The position numbers were made by a program, and so were the translations under genes. From positions 25,172,001-25,236,000 of the forward strand of contig OZ024762.1 in NCBI GenBank assembly GCA_964016885.1: a stretch of DNA of 64,000 bases, written 5' to 3'. This DNA comes from Eledone cirrhosa. Its lineage: Eukaryota. The first letter of the stretch is position 1; each line of letters begins with the position of its first letter. The notes under the pieces were generated by a model. That model saw nothing but the letters and a program-made list of their open reading frames with translations. It was not told the origin of the DNA and searched no databases. Of this stretch, positions 59,298 to 64,000 are shown in pieces.

Positions 59298-59453
59298 AAC
59301 CAGTAAGACCCCATGTCTTACTGGTCTTACTGGGGTCTTACTGGGGTCTTACTCACGGGGTCTTACTGGTTCCTATTACCCACTCTACTACCTCAAGTAT
59401 TGAGTACTTTGGTGCGTTATGGTCCACCTGGTTCCTTACCACATTTCCTTCGT

Positions 59454-59454
<1 letters not shown>
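59294..59454 (+). mobile_element. Copy of the foldback family with reiterated GGGGTCTTACT units
   Basis: 19-bp IR taggaaccagtaagacccc / ggggtcttactggttccta enclosing four extra (G)nTCTTACT units. Confidence 0.85.
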
Positions 59455-59534
<80 letters not shown>

Positions 59535-59537
<3 letters not shown>

Positions 59538-59870
59538 AAGGCATCGAATTATCAGAGCCGTTAAAACGTCGGATAGAATGCTTTATGTTATTAGTTCCGG
59601 TTCTCCCCGCTGTGAGTTGAAATCCCGCCGAGGTCAACTTTGCCATTCATCCTATCGAGGTCGATAAATAAAGGTACCAATCTAGTACTCCTTGTACTCT
59701 CAATAGCTTAACACAATAATAATTTTCTACTTTTGGCACAAGGCCAGCAATTATCCCAGTGCATTACTGGTGCTATATTTTATCGACCCAGTAAGAATAA
59801 ACGGACAAGTGAACCTCGGTGGAATTTGAACACAGATCATAAAGGGACGCAACTCTATGCTACAGCACCG
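59535..59870. mobile_element. Two SINEs, tail to tail (59535-59690 +, 59716-59870 -)
   Basis: B boxes gagttgaaatccc and (rc) gtgttcaaattcc; shared core. Confidence 0.8.
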
Positions 59871-60124
59871 GGCTCGAAACAAACTTTTAGAATTGTTTGA
59901 CAAGAGAAAGACTTGGCTGACAATTCTAACTGGCTGGAAGGCTACGCAGAGACGTCCCTCGGCATGCCTGTGTGTATGTGCTGATGTCCTTTACAGTTAA
60001 ATAACCAGTGAATATCAATTTCCTTACATTCTTAAATATGGCATATCATATATATTCATAGAATGCTATCAGTACATATCACGGTATGGTAATATACGTG
60101 TTTGGGTTATTGTGCATTCCCAAA

Positions 60125-62490
<2,366 letters not shown>

Positions 62491-62947
62491 AAGATTGATT
62501 CCTTCTTCAGTTTCAGCCATTGGTATTTCAGTTGTCCGATTAACTCAGCTATCTTATAAACTGATGTTGTTGTTGTCATCGTTGCTGTTTATCCCTGTTT
62601 GGGTGAAATCACTTAATATCCAGTAGCTATCTTATGAAACAGCCCAACTGAAGTCATTTCTCTTCGATTGGGAGCAGATCTATTCTGCCTATTGAAAGAA
62701 AAGAAAAGGCTGTCTCCACCCTCGAAGCTCATTCTAGTTTTTTGTGGGGTGAAGCGACTGAAAGTGCAGGACTGGGACATGACACCGGTCCATCATAAGA
62801 TTAATTAATATCTGTGTAGATTCCAGTTTCCGTGGACTTAGTGTACATGAGAGATGTGGAGGGCGAGAGAGATGGAGGCGATGACAGTGGGAGTTCGGCT
62901 TGTCCATGTTCGGACCATATCCTTGTGGTTGTGCTCATTATCCATAC

Positions 62948-62994
62948 CGACAACTTATTCTGATTCCCCCAATCATATTCATCCAGGAAATGAA
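62948..62994 (-). CDS. Candidate internal coding exon (xHFLDEYDWGNQNKLS)
   Basis: Minus strand: acceptor tttattttcctttcag, 47 bp open in the frame of ORF 62801-63028, donor gtatgg. No homology recognised. Confidence 0.3.
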
Positions 62995-63641
62995 CTGAAA
63001 GGAAAATAAATTTCCTCCAAACACCCACTCTTCCAATTTATTCTTACTTCCAAAGATGACATCAATGAACGCTGCGTTAAATTCTATGAAGGACTGTACG
63101 TCAGCAACTCAGAACAAACAACCGTGATTCGACATCAGATAAGGCTCATCGTAGTAAACTACAAAATAGTTTACCAATTCTCCCATCTTCTAGATAAATA
63201 TCTAGCATGATAAATCTCTATGTTCATCAGCCAATCAAATCTAGATATATTGATGACAAATCATATTTCGATGTGTTGCCAAATAACTTTTTAATTAAAT
63301 ATTTTTAAGCTGCATCCAAAATTTGTTCTTCTGCTTCTACTCATCCATTGCCTCTTCCCCTTTCATCTTCTTCTTCGTCTCATCCACGTCCTCCCCCTTC
63401 CACTCCTCTACCACTTCAGTTGTTGTCATTGTCTCCCTCGAATACACACAGATATACACACACACACATATATATATACACACACACACATATACATATA
63501 GTAATAATTCATATCAGTAGTTATATATGTATACCTATATCTACATACACACACACACACACACATAATCGCCGCCGTTATAGTGTCGCCACTGTCGCCA
63601 TTGAAATATATATCACAGCATTCTTATTAAAAGACTTAAAA

Positions 63642-63829
63642 GGCGGTGGATTGGCAGTATCGGTAGAGGGTCGGATGCCATGCTTTCCAGCATAGTTACG
63701 TCCCTTAACGATCTGAGTTAAAATCCCTCTGAGCTAGACTTTGCCTTTCATCCTTACGAGGTCGATAAAATAAAGTACCAGTAATGCACTGGGTGATTGC
63801 TGGCCTTGTGCCAAAAGTAGAAACAATTA
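63642..63829 (+). mobile_element. Full-length tRNA-derived SINE with a 14-bp TSD
   Basis: A box tggcagtatcggt, B-box-like gagttaaaatccc, core resembling the MetaSINE domain; TSD ttattaaaagactt at 63624-63637 and 63830-63843. Confidence 0.9.
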
Positions 63830-63872
63830 TTATTAAAAGACTTGAACATCTGAAACTACTTCGCTTTCCCTG

Positions 63873-64000
<128 letters not shown>

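Noticed and set aside
63642-63730. tRNA genes at A/B-box motifs
   Set aside because: No cloverleaf can be formed, and the motifs continue into SINE core and tail with TSDs.

Overview
Eukaryotic (animal) genomic DNA. The (TA)n/(TG)n/(GATA)n density and the tRNA-type SINE family suggest an octopus-like cephalopod, which is an inference. It is essentially intronic or intergenic repeat DNA with no confidently identifiable host gene; the best candidates are two phase-compatible minus-strand mini-exons at the window ends. Contents: many Penelope-like elements (PLEs), including a near-full-length Naiad-type copy and several copies with inverted pLTRs; at least a dozen type I hammerhead ribozyme (HHR) motifs; two large Tx1/L1-clade LINEs sitting in (TATC)n; RTE LINE fragments; a Helitron PIF1 fragment; SINEs; and a 13.2-kb array of about 200 x 65-bp units amplified from the ORF of a dead RTE LINE. 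The most interesting signal is a set of small non-coding HHR elements whose boundaries track ribozyme structure. One is a 713-nt retrozyme-like monomer that starts at its own predicted cleavage site and has an unusually large branched stem II. A second is a family that folds back at stem II, with one copy showing telomerase-like reiteration of the sequence just after the cleavage site.
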